A stretch of DNA of 64,000 nt. Origin: an uncultured Bdellovibrionales bacterium (GTDB lineage: Bacteria; Bdellovibrionota_G; JALEGL01; JAGRMV01). The position numbers and the translations under genes are program-made. Location of the stretch: positions 5,333-69,332 of the forward strand of contig CAZCBX010000001.1 in NCBI GenBank assembly GCA_964497185.1, written 5' to 3'. Below the pieces are notes generated by a model that was not told the DNA's origin, did not search any database, and worked only from the letters and a program-made list of their open reading frames with translations. Each line of letters starts with the position of its first letter. Within the stretch, counting starts at the first letter, position 1. Below, one piece after another: positions 40,331 to 49,956 of the stretch.

Positions 40331-41827
40331 TTAGCTCCAGGGAAATCGAGGTAGACGTGAGTTCCACCATTGCGATGGTGCCATCGTCGGTGTGCTTTTG
40401 GGTTGGGTCGTGGGTTCATCCAAGAGGGCTGTGGCCACGGCGGCGAGCCACTCTTGGGTTGTGGCGGTGGTTTGGGCTTCAAAAGGCATGTTGTCTTCCA
40501 CAAAGGTCGTCGAGATTTGGCCTTGTTGATACGCAGGGTTGTCCAAAATGTTTTGCAGAAAAGTGGTGTTGGTGGTTAAGCCGCCCAAGCGCAATTCACG
40601 CAGTGCTTGCTGCGTTTTGGCAATGGCTTTGTCTCGGGTGTTGTCCCATACAGAAATTTTAGCAATCATTGGATCATAGAATAGCGTGATTTCACTGCCT
40701 TGTTCCACGCCTGAGTCGATGCGAATGCCTTTGCCAGTGGGCCACACCAGCTGGCTTAACGTGCCGGGGCTTGGAAAAAATTGATTGCTGGGATCTTCCG
40801 CATAAATACGCACTTCAATGGAATGGCCTAAAAATGCAATGGGCTCATCCAATTGAATTTCTTCACCAAAGGCAGCGCGAATTTGCAACGCCACCAAATC
40901 CAAACCGGTAATCCATTCGGTTACGGGATGCTCCACTTGTAGGCGTGTGTTCATTTCTAAAAAATAGAAATTTTCATCGGCATCCACCAAGTATTCAATG
41001 GTGCCAGCGCCTCGGTAAGATACGTTTTTACACAGCTGTTTGGATACGGCGGCCATGGCCTGTCGGGTTTCGTCTTTCAAACCCGGTGCCGGTGCTTCTT
41101 CGATGATTTTTTGATGGCGCCGCTGCAGCGAACACTCGCGGTCGCCCAATGTGTAAATGTGGCCATGGTGATCGCAAAACACTTGCACTTCAATGTGCCT
41201 TGGGTGCACCAAACATTTTTCAATGTAAATGCTGTCATCGCCAAAAGCATTGCGGGCTTCGCTTTGAGCCAAATCAAAAGCCTCTCGGACGTCTTCTTTG
41301 CGGGTCACACGGCGCATGCCTTTGCCACCCCCTCCCGCTTTGGCTTTTAAAAGTACAGGAAAGCCAATTTCCACAGCATAGGTTTCTGCTTCTTCTGCAT
41401 TTTTAACCTGATCGGTACCAGGGACCATGGGTACATTGGCCTTGGCGGCGGCTTGTCGCGCCAAAATTTTGTCGCCCATGGCAGCGATGGTTTCGGGCTT
41501 GGGGCCAATAAACACAATGTTGTTTTCACCACAGGCTTTGGCAAAAGCCTGATTTTCAGCCATAAAACCGTAGCCAGGATGAATGGCATCAATTTGATGC
41601 TTTTGGGCCAAAGCCAACAAACGATCCAGTTGCAAATAACTCTCGGCCGATGGCGCAGGTCCCACACAGTAAGCCTCATGGGCCAAACGTACGTGCGGTG
41701 CATTGGCATCGGCTTCGGAATAAATGGCAATGGGAAGGTGTCCCATTTCTCGAACGCTGCGTGCAATGCGCACAGCGATTTCACCGCGATTGGCAATGAG
41801 TATGCGTTTGGGAGGCGTCGCGCTCAT
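40331..41827 (-). CDS. accC: Acetyl/propionyl-CoA carboxylase biotin carboxylase subunit
   Basis: 498 aa ATP-grasp biotin carboxylase (ILIANRGEIAVRI N-terminus, full BC domains). Confidence 0.92.
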   Translation of the reverse strand: MSATPPKRILIANRGEIAVRIARSVREMGHLPIAIYSEADANAPHVRLAHEAYCVGPAPSAESYLQLDRLLALAQKHQIDAIHPGYGFMAENQAFAKACGENNIVFIGPKPETIAAMGDKILARQAAAKANVPMVPGTDQVKNAEEAETYAVEIGFPVLLKAKAGGGGKGMRRVTRKEDVREAFDLAQSEARNAFGDDSIYIEKCLVHPRHIEVQVFCDHHGHIYTLGDRECSLQRRHQKIIEEAPAPGLKDETRQAMAAVSKQLCKNVSYRGAGTIEYLVDADENFYFLEMNTRLQVEHPVTEWITGLDLVALQIRAAFGEEIQLDEPIAFLGHSIEVRIYAEDPSNQFFPSPGTLSQLVWPTGKGIRIDSGVEQGSEITLFYDPMIAKISVWDNTRDKAIAKTQQALRELRLGGLTTNTTFLQNILDNPAYQQGQISTTFVEDNMPFEAQTTATTQEWLAAVATALLDEPTTQPKSTPTMAPSQWWNSRLPRFPWS

Positions 41828-41863
41828 GCAAGCGGTATAAAACGGATTGGCGCAAAAGTACAG

Positions 41864-42886
41864 CTATAGTTGGACATCAAACACAGCCGAAACCGCATAG
41901 TGGTCACTGATGACTTGAGCATGTTGGGCGGTTGGGCCAGAGGACTCAGCGTAAAGAAAATCATCTAAATGATGGCAAAAATCCATCAGGCTGCTTGGAC
42001 CATCCACTTTATAAAAAATATGGTCAATGATGCCATGGTAGGGCACATCCCGGTTTTGTGTCCATAGGTCCACAAAAAAACCAACAAACCCTTCTGTCTG
42101 CCCCACCAATGGGTTTTGTTGATCATAGCTGCATATCGCGTTGCTGTTGGGGGCCAGCTGAAAATGCAAAGCAGCCAATGCTTCTACATATTGGTCCCAA
42201 AAATGATCAATGGCGGGTGCGGTCCATAGCCCTTTGCCGTTTTCAATTTCAATGACTTCGCCGGGCATCCGATCCATATCCACCCACCATTGGAGATGGC
42301 CCAAGTTGAAATCTCCTGCAACAATGGTCGTGGAAGTTTGTTTGGATATGTATTCAAGGAGCTGCTCAAGCTGAAGCTGGTGGGTGGCGTCCACACCATC
42401 GTAGGGTTGACTGGTGTAGGTCATGTGTACATTCACAAAACAGTATTCCTTTTCTTGCAAGTCTGTCTGCAGACACAAGGTGAGCATGCCCTTGTGGTAA
42501 TTCCATATTTGAAATGAATCTTGGTCCCATGGCACAAAGCTTTCCTCCACTTTCATGGATGGATGTCTGGGATCGATCAAATTGGTTAATATCACCAAAC
42601 CATGATGATGGGCGATGCCCTCATGGGTGCGGTGGTCTGCCAAAAAAACATGATGCTTGCGACTCAATTGTTTCAGCTGCTGCTGAAGCGCTTGAGAAAA
42701 AACCTCCTGCAAAAAAAACACAAAGTATTCGTTTTTCGCTTCCAGTGATTGGATGGTTTGATCCAACACATTGCCAAGGTGCTGTCCGCGGGTTTTGGCA
42801 TCCGATACAAAAAAAAGATCGGCCACATTGTAGGTGGTGACATACAACGGGGTGCCCTGCGCCAACATGGGCATAAAAAGAAACAT
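41864..42886 (-). CDS. Secreted endonuclease/exonuclease/phosphatase (EEP) family protein
   Basis: C-terminal SDHYAVSAVF EEP signature; signal peptide after adjusting start to MFLFMPMLAQG. Confidence 0.55.
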   Translation of the reverse strand: MFLFMPMLAQGTPLYVTTYNVADLFFVSDAKTRGQHLGNVLDQTIQSLEAKNEYFVFFLQEVFSQALQQQLKQLSRKHHVFLADHRTHEGIAHHHGLVILTNLIDPRHPSMKVEESFVPWDQDSFQIWNYHKGMLTLCLQTDLQEKEYCFVNVHMTYTSQPYDGVDATHQLQLEQLLEYISKQTSTTIVAGDFNLGHLQWWVDMDRMPGEVIEIENGKGLWTAPAIDHFWDQYVEALAALHFQLAPNSNAICSYDQQNPLVGQTEGFVGFFVDLWTQNRDVPYHGIIDHIFYKVDGPSSLMDFCHHLDDFLYAESSGPTAQHAQVISDHYAVSAVFDVQL

Positions 42887-43151
42887 GATGGTGAAAAAAA
42901 ACTTACTTTGCGCTTGGCTCACTGCTCCCCCAGTGCATACAGAATAGCAAAAGATTTTTAAACACCGTGTTAAGCATCTGTAAAATCCAATAAAAAAAAG
43001 GTTAAGAAGGTTGTAAAAAAAGTACAAGTCTGGAAGGCAACATTTGCGTCCATGCTTTTCAAGGCGCGCTCAGCATAAGCCATGAAGGCATTGCAATCGT
43101 GGTAAAGAGATCTTTTGTGTTTAAGCACTGACGTGATACCCATATAGAAGC

Positions 43152-44567
43152 ATGAATTCAATATTGCGATACTTAATGTGGGGTGTTGGTGCGATTGTGG
43201 TGCTGTACGCATTGTTTTTTATCGCCTTGGAGACGGTGGGGGATCATTACATTCAAAAAAACCTGACCCAAGCTGCGCAACAACCGTATCAATTCGACCT
43301 CTCCATTGGCACCATAAGCCACTCTTTCTTTAAGCCCACACGGACCAAGATCAAAAATGCAGCATTGACGTATCAAAAAAACAAAGTCGTTGAAATCGAG
43401 CGCATGAAAATTGATTTGAGTGTCTTGGCGTTGATGAAACAAAAACTAAAAATCACCACTTTTGATTTCAAAGTCGCATCCTTGACCTTGAAGCCATCCT
43501 TGCTGGATCATGTTCAACAAGTGCAACCACCCGCTGACAAAGCGACATCCAAACCAGCATTGCCATTGGGCATCAACCGCTTGGAGTTGGTAGACAGCAA
43601 GGTGGAAGTGGACAAAGCCACTTATCAAAAAATGGCGTTGTCATCCTTGGTGCTTGAAACAAAAGATCTGAAAGTTGCATCCATAACTTCCCTTCTGTCC
43701 ACGCTATCGTGGAAAGCCACCATGCAGTTTCAACAATGGTCCCATCCCTACGTCGCCCTTGAAAATTGTGACATGCATATCAAACTGCAAAGTCAAACAA
43801 TGGACATCCAAAACATCCAATGCAAAGCCGAGGGCCAAAACCTTCAAGCGCAAACCACGTTTCAACTCTCACCCCTGAGCGACATTCACTTAAAGCTTCA
43901 ATACGATCAAATCGATCTAAAAAAATGGTCCAGCCAAGTGGCGCCAGAGCTGGGCTATCCCATATCAGGCCAGCTCAACCTACACACGGATGTACGCGTA
44001 GCGGACCTCCAACAGTGGCAACAAGCGCAAGGTCAAGTGCGGGTTGAAGGGCAAAACATTGTAATTGAAAACATCAACATCGACCGGTTGATTGATGCCT
44101 ATGTGCAAAGCAATCAGACCAGTTTGCTCAACGTGGCTGGTTTTATGGCACTGGGCCCCGTCGGCATTTTGGCCACGCAGTCGGCTAAGCTGGGCAAAAA
44201 CATGCCGGGCCTTATGCAGGGGCAAACCAAAATGGAAACGTTGCACGTGGAATTGGAAATTGCAGACCAATTGGCCAAGACCCAAGATGTTGCATTCAAG
44301 ACGGCCAAACATCGGGTGGCGGCCCAAGGCGCCATTGATCTCAAAGAACAAACCTACCAAAATTTTGAAATTGGATTTTTGGATGCCCAAGGCTGTGCCA
44401 AGCTGGTGCAAACCATCGAAGGCTCGCTGACCCAACCTTCGTTTCGCATCACGCGTTCATTGATCAAAACCATCACCGCCCCGGTGACCAACATGACAAA
44501 TAGAGTAGAAAACATGCTGACAGGTGGCTGTGAAAAATTTTACCAAGGCACCGTTGCACATCCTTGA
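43152..44567 (+). CDS. AsmA-family (outer-membrane biogenesis) protein; 3' ~300 bp belongs to the island-flanking direct repeat
   Basis: N-terminal TM anchor then long beta-rich domain, AsmA-like C-terminus; last 294 bp duplicated at 60783-61079. Confidence 0.5.
   Translation: MNSILRYLMWGVGAIVVLYALFFIALETVGDHYIQKNLTQAAQQPYQFDLSIGTISHSFFKPTRTKIKNAALTYQKNKVVEIERMKIDLSVLALMKQKLKITTFDFKVASLTLKPSLLDHVQQVQPPADKATSKPALPLGINRLELVDSKVEVDKATYQKMALSSLVLETKDLKVASITSLLSTLSWKATMQFQQWSHPYVALENCDMHIKLQSQTMDIQNIQCKAEGQNLQAQTTFQLSPLSDIHLKLQYDQIDLKKWSSQVAPELGYPISGQLNLHTDVRVADLQQWQQAQGQVRVEGQNIVIENINIDRLIDAYVQSNQTSLLNVAGFMALGPVGILATQSAKLGKNMPGLMQGQTKMETLHVELEIADQLAKTQDVAFKTAKHRVAAQGAIDLKEQTYQNFEIGFLDAQGCAKLVQTIEGSLTQPSFRITRSLIKTITAPVTNMTNRVENMLTGGCEKFYQGTVAHP
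44274..44567 (+). repeat. Direct repeat A (AsmA 3' end; left island junction)
   Basis: About 97% identical to 60783-61007 over the first ~225 bp; the last ~70 bp diverge, and the two copies differ in base composition there. Confidence 0.8.
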
Positions 44568-44582
44568 TGTTTAGGTGTAAAA

Positions 44583-45956
44583 TTATTTCATCATTTGCAA
44601 ACGTTTCATACGTCGAATCAGAGAAGATCTCGAAATTCCTAACAAAGTGGAGGCTTTTTGTTTTTGCCCAAAAGCTTGATCCAGTGCTTTTTGAATGAGC
44701 TGTTTTTCATACGCGTCAAGGGCCTGCTCAAATTGATTCATTGGCTTGTTGGCAGTCGATGAAGCGGGGGATGTGTTTTCCAAAACATAGGCTGGAATAT
44801 CCTGTGACGTTAATTCGCGATGGTCGGATAACACCAACATGGCATCTATGACATTAAACAACTGTCGTGCATTGCCAGGCCAGTCCATGCTGGATAAGCG
44901 TGCTTTGGTTTCTGCATGGATGGTTTTGTTTTCTTGATTGTGCTCGGTTCGTTCAAGATAATAGTCTATTAAAAGCGGGATGTCCTCTCGGCGTTCACGC
45001 AGGGGCTCCAAATGAAGCTGCACTACCGATAAACGGTAATACAAATCTTCCCGAAAAGTGCCCTCTTGGATTTGGATGCGCAAATCTCGATTGGTTGCGG
45101 CAATGACCCGAAAATTGGACTGAATCATCTGATGGCCACCAACCCGCTCAAATTCTTTTTCTTGTAAGACCCGCAAAAGTTTGGACTGTAGATGCAAGGG
45201 CATCGAACCGATCTCATCCAGAAAAATATCTCCGCCGTTGGCCAATTCAAACTTTCCGATTTTTTGTCGATCGGCTCCCGTAAACGCACCCTTTTCATGG
45301 CCAAACATGATCGATTCCATAAGCTCAGATGGGATGGCTGCACAATTAAGTGCTACGAAGGGCCGTGAATTTTTTTTATGCATGGAGTGAATATATCGAG
45401 ACAGCACCTCTTTGCCTGTCCCGCTTTCACCAATGATCAATACATTCACTTCTGCGTTGGCTACTTTTTGACTGACGAGGCGAAGTTTTTGCACATTTTC
45501 AGATCGACCAATGTATTCTTTGGCCACAGGCTCTGAAGACGAATCATAAATTGGATCATCAAATTGCCAAGCGATTTTACGAATGGATTTTTCAACCGTC
45601 TTATGAAGGTCATCTTTTTCAAATGGTTTGGTGATGTAATCCACGGCGCCAATCTTAAGTGCTTTGGCAATGGATTGCGAGTCGCGATCTCCAGTGAGCA
45701 TCAAATATTGGACATGTTTTCGCTTTCGCTTAAGTTCAGACAAAAGTGCAATGCCGTCGTCCTGATCCAAATGAACATCCAGAATCACCAAATCAGGATG
45801 ATTTTTTTGAAATATTTGTTTTGCCTCATCTCCAGTTTGGGCAGTCCATAAATCGTATCGCTCAGAAAGCTCTAATTTCAATGAGGCGAGAATACCGGGA
45901 TCATCATCGACACAAAGAATAGAAGGCTTGGTACGCATGTTATTTTTCCCTTTCAT
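44583..45956 (-). CDS. Sigma-54-dependent response regulator (NtrC/LuxO-like bacterial enhancer-binding protein)
   Basis: Receiver domain; AAA+ sigma-54 activator domain with GAFTGA (EKGAFTGA); C-terminal Fis-type HTH. Confidence 0.88.
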   Translation of the reverse strand: MKGKNNMRTKPSILCVDDDPGILASLKLELSERYDLWTAQTGDEAKQIFQKNHPDLVILDVHLDQDDGIALLSELKRKRKHVQYLMLTGDRDSQSIAKALKIGAVDYITKPFEKDDLHKTVEKSIRKIAWQFDDPIYDSSSEPVAKEYIGRSENVQKLRLVSQKVANAEVNVLIIGESGTGKEVLSRYIHSMHKKNSRPFVALNCAAIPSELMESIMFGHEKGAFTGADRQKIGKFELANGGDIFLDEIGSMPLHLQSKLLRVLQEKEFERVGGHQMIQSNFRVIAATNRDLRIQIQEGTFREDLYYRLSVVQLHLEPLRERREDIPLLIDYYLERTEHNQENKTIHAETKARLSSMDWPGNARQLFNVIDAMLVLSDHRELTSQDIPAYVLENTSPASSTANKPMNQFEQALDAYEKQLIQKALDQAFGQKQKASTLLGISRSSLIRRMKRLQMMK

Positions 45957-46137
45957 CCATTTGGTCCACCAACGCTTCCAAACGATCCAACGCCTGACCC
46001 GTGAACTCGTAAAAATCCTTCATAAAAGCTTCATCTTCTTTTTTGCTCGGAAGATGCCGCATAAAAGTACGAAGGGTTGTCAGTGGTTGCCGAAGATCAT
46101 GTTGAAGATTTGAAAAAGCCATTGTAGAAGTCTCCAA
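45940..46137 (-). CDS. 65-aa standalone H-box (HisKA/DHp-like) protein, candidate phosphotransfer component
   Basis: NLQHDLRQPLTTL matches the histidine-kinase H-box consensus (hELRTPL); 17-nt overlap with the sigma-54 regulator start suggests translational coupling. Confidence 0.4.
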   Translation of the reverse strand: METSTMAFSNLQHDLRQPLTTLRTFMRHLPSKKEDEAFMKDFYEFTGQALDRLEALVDQMDEREK

Positions 46138-46220
46138 TGCGTATTAGCACAAGCCATGCCATATTTTTACACCACTGGGTGGTCCATAACACACCCATTT
46201 GAATCAATACAGTACACACC

Positions 46221-46235
46221 GTTCGATATCCGAAC
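46221..46235. promoter_or_regulatory. Palindromic operator candidate GTTCGATATCCGAAC in the divergent promoter region
   Basis: Perfect inverted repeat GTTCG-N5-CGAAC about 65 bp upstream of the receiver gene; related copy at 53062-53076. Confidence 0.4.
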
Positions 46236-46300
46236 ATCAATCATGGTCTGCACAAAGATAAACTTGCCATATAACGCCTAACAATAGTATAAAAAAATCA

Positions 46301-46651
46301 ATGAGCCATACGCATTCACTCAAACAAATCTTGGTTCTCATTGATGATGACCCACTGATTCACGCCACATGGTCCATGGTGGCTCAAGCAAAAGGCCATC
46401 AACTTCAATGCTTCACGTGCATTGAAGACTTTAATCAGGCAAGTATCCCCCTGGACGTGCCTGTCTATGTTGATTACCACTTGGGAGAAAAATCGGGCGC
46501 CGACATCATCAAACGCTTGGCTCAAAGAGGGTACGATCATTTATACATCACCACCGGTCGAAAACCCACTGACATCATCAAAGAACCTGAAATGAAAGGA
46601 GTATTTGGCAAAGACTATCCAGAGCAAATTCCTCATTCCAGCTCTTTTTGA
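46301..46651 (+). CDS. Single-domain response regulator (CheY-like receiver only)
   Basis: 116 aa; acidic pocket IDDD; phospho-acceptor in VYVDYHL; conserved Thr (YITTG) and Lys. Confidence 0.75.
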   Translation: MSHTHSLKQILVLIDDDPLIHATWSMVAQAKGHQLQCFTCIEDFNQASIPLDVPVYVDYHLGEKSGADIIKRLAQRGYDHLYITTGRKPTDIIKEPEMKGVFGKDYPEQIPHSSSF

Positions 46652-46677
46652 TAAAAATCGGATGAATACTACACCAA

Positions 46678-48453
46678 CTAAACAATCGGAATTTGCTGAG
46701 CTAAACTTTTAGGCAATATTTTTAATTCAGTTTTCATGGCCAAATCCAGAAGACTTTCGTCCGCATAATGACTCGAAACCAATATAGAATGGTTTTCTAA
46801 GACATTTCGGTGAATGATTTCTTGCCCGTTCACGGGGCTGCCCAGCAGCTCGTAATCAACAAGAAATAAATAGCCCGTTAGCGAAGGCAACACAGAAATC
46901 CAATTTTCAAAAGAAGTAGAATCATAAAAATGGTGCAATTTGATATGATGGCTGATTTTAAAGTTTTGGAGTCGGTTTTTCCAAACTTGGTGAATGGAAG
47001 AGTCGTCATCAAGAATAATGACATTGGTTATTTGATTCAACGCGATAGAAGAGGGAAACCATGCAGGCGTCCGGGTTAAAGGAAAAATCATTTCTACTTC
47101 CGTACCGCGCCCAGGAGTGCTGGTGATTTCAATGGAGGCACTTGCTTTGTGTAAGTTTTTAAAAGCATGATACAAACCCAGTCCTTTGCCAGAAATTTTT
47201 CTATAGCTAATTCTGTCTCTGCCAAGTTTTTCTAAAACATCAGAAGGAATGCCAACACCATTGTCAGTAATTTTTACACTTGCATGATGGTCTTTTTTGG
47301 TCAAAGATATTTCTACACGCCCCTTAGACGGGATAGACTCAATGGCATTGGATAAAATATTTGAAAAAACTCTTTTCAACTCAACACTGCTAAATTTTAC
47401 AAAAGTATCAAAGGAGTGATCGGAAACAATAAAATCAATGGTAACTTTATCAATTTCTTGATGCTGAATTCTTTTTTCAGCCAGCACATGTTCGATTAAA
47501 ACGACAAGCAGTACAGGTTTTAAATTTTGATCGGTATATTCATCTTCGCTAATATTCGTCAGCGTACTTACAATGCCGTCAATTCGGTTGGTTGCTTCAC
47601 GGATAAGTAAACGATAGTTTTCTGGAATCTCATTTAAAGAGCCCGTAACCACCTTCAAAGCAGTCAGGGGTGATCTAATATCATGAACAACTTGATTGGC
47701 GACGGAGATCACACCTTCTTCTCTAGATTTTTTAGCCAATTTTGCTTGGGTTTCTTCTATCATTCGATTGTATGCATTAAATGCTAAGCTAAGAGTTTGA
47801 ATTTCGCCTACGCCCCGAACTTCTTCAATATTTTTTGCTCTTTTCATGACATCTTGGGTAAGTTTTCTGATAGGTCTTTCAAGATTTTCTATGATCAAAA
47901 GCATAATGCCACTAAAAATGAAAAATACGGAGGTAAAATAAAGCAAATATTTATAAAATTCCTGTTTGAATTCTTGTAAAAAGGAACGGCTTGAAATTTT
48001 TGCAACTATATTTCCCCATTCAGTGCTGTATCGATCTATCAGTTTTATGTTTAACTCAAATTGTCTGGTATTAAAGAAATAATCAATGAATGACCATGTA
48101 TCTGTCAAACCATGTTCACTTCCAACTAAAAATTCCTCTGCCCCGTAGTTGAGCTTTACGTATTGAAAAGATCCATTTTTTACAAGATAGTCCATTTTTC
48201 TTTGAACCGAAGCATATTTGCCCACTTGGAGGTCACTTAAAAAAGATTGTGAGTAGACATTTAGCCATTGGTTTTGATTTTCTACAAAAGTAGAAACGTG
48301 GTCACGAAATGTGGTGAAAGTAAATATTCCAAAAATAAAAAAAAGAGATAAAAAAATCGCTCCCAGCGTAATCATTAATTTTTGTCTAAACAGCATGGAC
48401 TTACTCATTAAAATAAACACTTTCCCACTCAGCCAGGTAACCTTTGATGCCAA
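46678..48453 (-). CDS. Hybrid sensor histidine kinase (HisKA + HATPase_c + C-terminal receiver-like domain)
   Basis: H-box VHDIRSPLTAL; G-boxes (ITDNGVGIP, GKGLGLY); C-terminal ILDDDSSIHQVW...LVDYEL receiver paralogous to the standalone receiver. Confidence 0.82.
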   Translation of the reverse strand: MASKVTWLSGKVFILMSKSMLFRQKLMITLGAIFLSLFFIFGIFTFTTFRDHVSTFVENQNQWLNVYSQSFLSDLQVGKYASVQRKMDYLVKNGSFQYVKLNYGAEEFLVGSEHGLTDTWSFIDYFFNTRQFELNIKLIDRYSTEWGNIVAKISSRSFLQEFKQEFYKYLLYFTSVFFIFSGIMLLIIENLERPIRKLTQDVMKRAKNIEEVRGVGEIQTLSLAFNAYNRMIEETQAKLAKKSREEGVISVANQVVHDIRSPLTALKVVTGSLNEIPENYRLLIREATNRIDGIVSTLTNISEDEYTDQNLKPVLLVVLIEHVLAEKRIQHQEIDKVTIDFIVSDHSFDTFVKFSSVELKRVFSNILSNAIESIPSKGRVEISLTKKDHHASVKITDNGVGIPSDVLEKLGRDRISYRKISGKGLGLYHAFKNLHKASASIEITSTPGRGTEVEMIFPLTRTPAWFPSSIALNQITNVIILDDDSSIHQVWKNRLQNFKISHHIKLHHFYDSTSFENWISVLPSLTGYLFLVDYELLGSPVNGQEIIHRNVLENHSILVSSHYADESLLDLAMKTELKILPKSLAQQIPIV

Positions 48454-49954
48454 TAAATTTGATATTTTTTAGATTTTTACTGGTGACGATCTTGGATTGA
48501 TTATGAACAATCGGGTAAGCCAAACTCTTTTTAATAAGGTAATGATCAATCGATGAATAAAGCCTAAATTTTTCCTCTATGGTATTGGATTTTTTTAGAT
48601 TTTCAAAATAAGTGTCTAAATCGTCGTGTTTTCCACCGATAAGATATTCATTTGAATCTTTGTAAAAATATTGCAAGGCGGACATGGGGTCTTCATTTTT
48701 AAAATAAAGTTTTTCAATCCAGACTGGAAGTTTTTGATTTTCATACAATTTGAATATTTCTGAAAAGGGAAGTACGACGGTTTCAACGCCGATTTCCAGC
48801 AAAGGCTTCCTAACAATGTCCAAAATGCAGTCCACCTGCTGATCATCAGCGATATGGAAGACCAAATTGTTAAATTTTTTATTTTTCACAACAGTTTGTA
48901 TATCCTCCTTATAACTCTGCGAAGAACCAATTAATCCTTTTGGAATAATCGAACTGGCTACGTTTTGATTCCCGTAGCAAACCTCTCGAATTTTATGAAT
49001 GGGAATGTTTGACAGTAAATATTTTCTGTACTCAACATTTTTTAATTCATCAAAATGATCTGAATTGATGATAATTGTTTCCGTACTGTATTCAGCAATC
49101 TCTTGATACGCAAAGTGGTCCAATTTTTCGATCTCAGAAAAATCGTCAATGCTATAAAAAATAAGATCCGCAACCTCACCAAGCTTGTACTTTTCTATGG
49201 CAACAGACTTTGCCTGCTGTGAAATAACAATGGTTTTGATTTTGGGTGCGTCGCCATAGTAATACTGATTTCTAGAAAGCTTGATCTCACCTTTTTTTGT
49301 TTCCACGACTGCATAAGGACCAGAAGAAACCGGGTATGAAAAATACGCCTCTTTTGCCATGTCACTAAAATTGTGTGGATAAATACAAAACCGCGGAAGG
49401 GAAAGGTTCATCATAAATTGATCGTAAGAATGAATAAGCTCAATATCAAGTGTCCGGTTGTCAACAATGCGGATACCATTTATGAATGGATTTTTTTCTT
49501 CTCTATACTCTTTTGCACCCAAAATTTGTGTTAACACGCTGCTATCCAGAGCATCTTTGTCGACCCATTGATGGAAAGAGAAGGCAATATCTTTGGCATT
49601 GATTTTTTCGCCATTAGAAAACCGAACTTCATCACGAAGATGCAATCGATAAATTTTTTTATCGGTATCAAATTCCCATGATTTCAACAAATCAGGCTTA
49701 ATGCCAAATGAATCATCCACCTTCACCAAATGGCTATAGATTGGATACAGTAGAGCTTTTTGAATAGAATCAGGGACTTTTTGTGGATTGAGGTTGTCAG
49801 GACGGACCGGAACCAAAATATTCCATACTTTGCTTTGGCTTGAAATTCTTTTTTGGTTAATTCTAGATAATTTTCCGAGAGAAAACGAATAAACCAAAAT
49901 TAAAATTCCAGTAAAAATGAGTATGAATGGCGCATATTTTTTCGGCATAATCAT
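48401..49954 (-). CDS. Periplasmic solute-binding protein, family 5 (Opp/Dpp-like), encoded without an ABC permease or ATPase
   Basis: 517 aa with signal/anchor; SBP_bac_5-like sequence; 53-nt overlap with the downstream kinase gene. Confidence 0.68.
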   Translation of the reverse strand: MIMPKKYAPFILIFTGILILVYSFSLGKLSRINQKRISSQSKVWNILVPVRPDNLNPQKVPDSIQKALLYPIYSHLVKVDDSFGIKPDLLKSWEFDTDKKIYRLHLRDEVRFSNGEKINAKDIAFSFHQWVDKDALDSSVLTQILGAKEYREEKNPFINGIRIVDNRTLDIELIHSYDQFMMNLSLPRFCIYPHNFSDMAKEAYFSYPVSSGPYAVVETKKGEIKLSRNQYYYGDAPKIKTIVISQQAKSVAIEKYKLGEVADLIFYSIDDFSEIEKLDHFAYQEIAEYSTETIIINSDHFDELKNVEYRKYLLSNIPIHKIREVCYGNQNVASSIIPKGLIGSSQSYKEDIQTVVKNKKFNNLVFHIADDQQVDCILDIVRKPLLEIGVETVVLPFSEIFKLYENQKLPVWIEKLYFKNEDPMSALQYFYKDSNEYLIGGKHDDLDTYFENLKKSNTIEEKFRLYSSIDHYLIKKSLAYPIVHNQSKIVTSKNLKNIKFIGIKGYLAEWESVYFNE

Positions 49955-49956
49955 AT

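Noticed and set aside
40327-40503. The BCCP ORF in the track extends 59 codons upstream into the end of the biotin carboxylase gene, which could suggest a frameshifted fused PccA-like gene
   Set aside because: The biotin carboxylase frame ends with a TAA stop. After 4 nt an ATG (MKRTAHF) follows with a GGAG 8 nt upstream. Two adjacent genes explain the data without invoking a frameshift.
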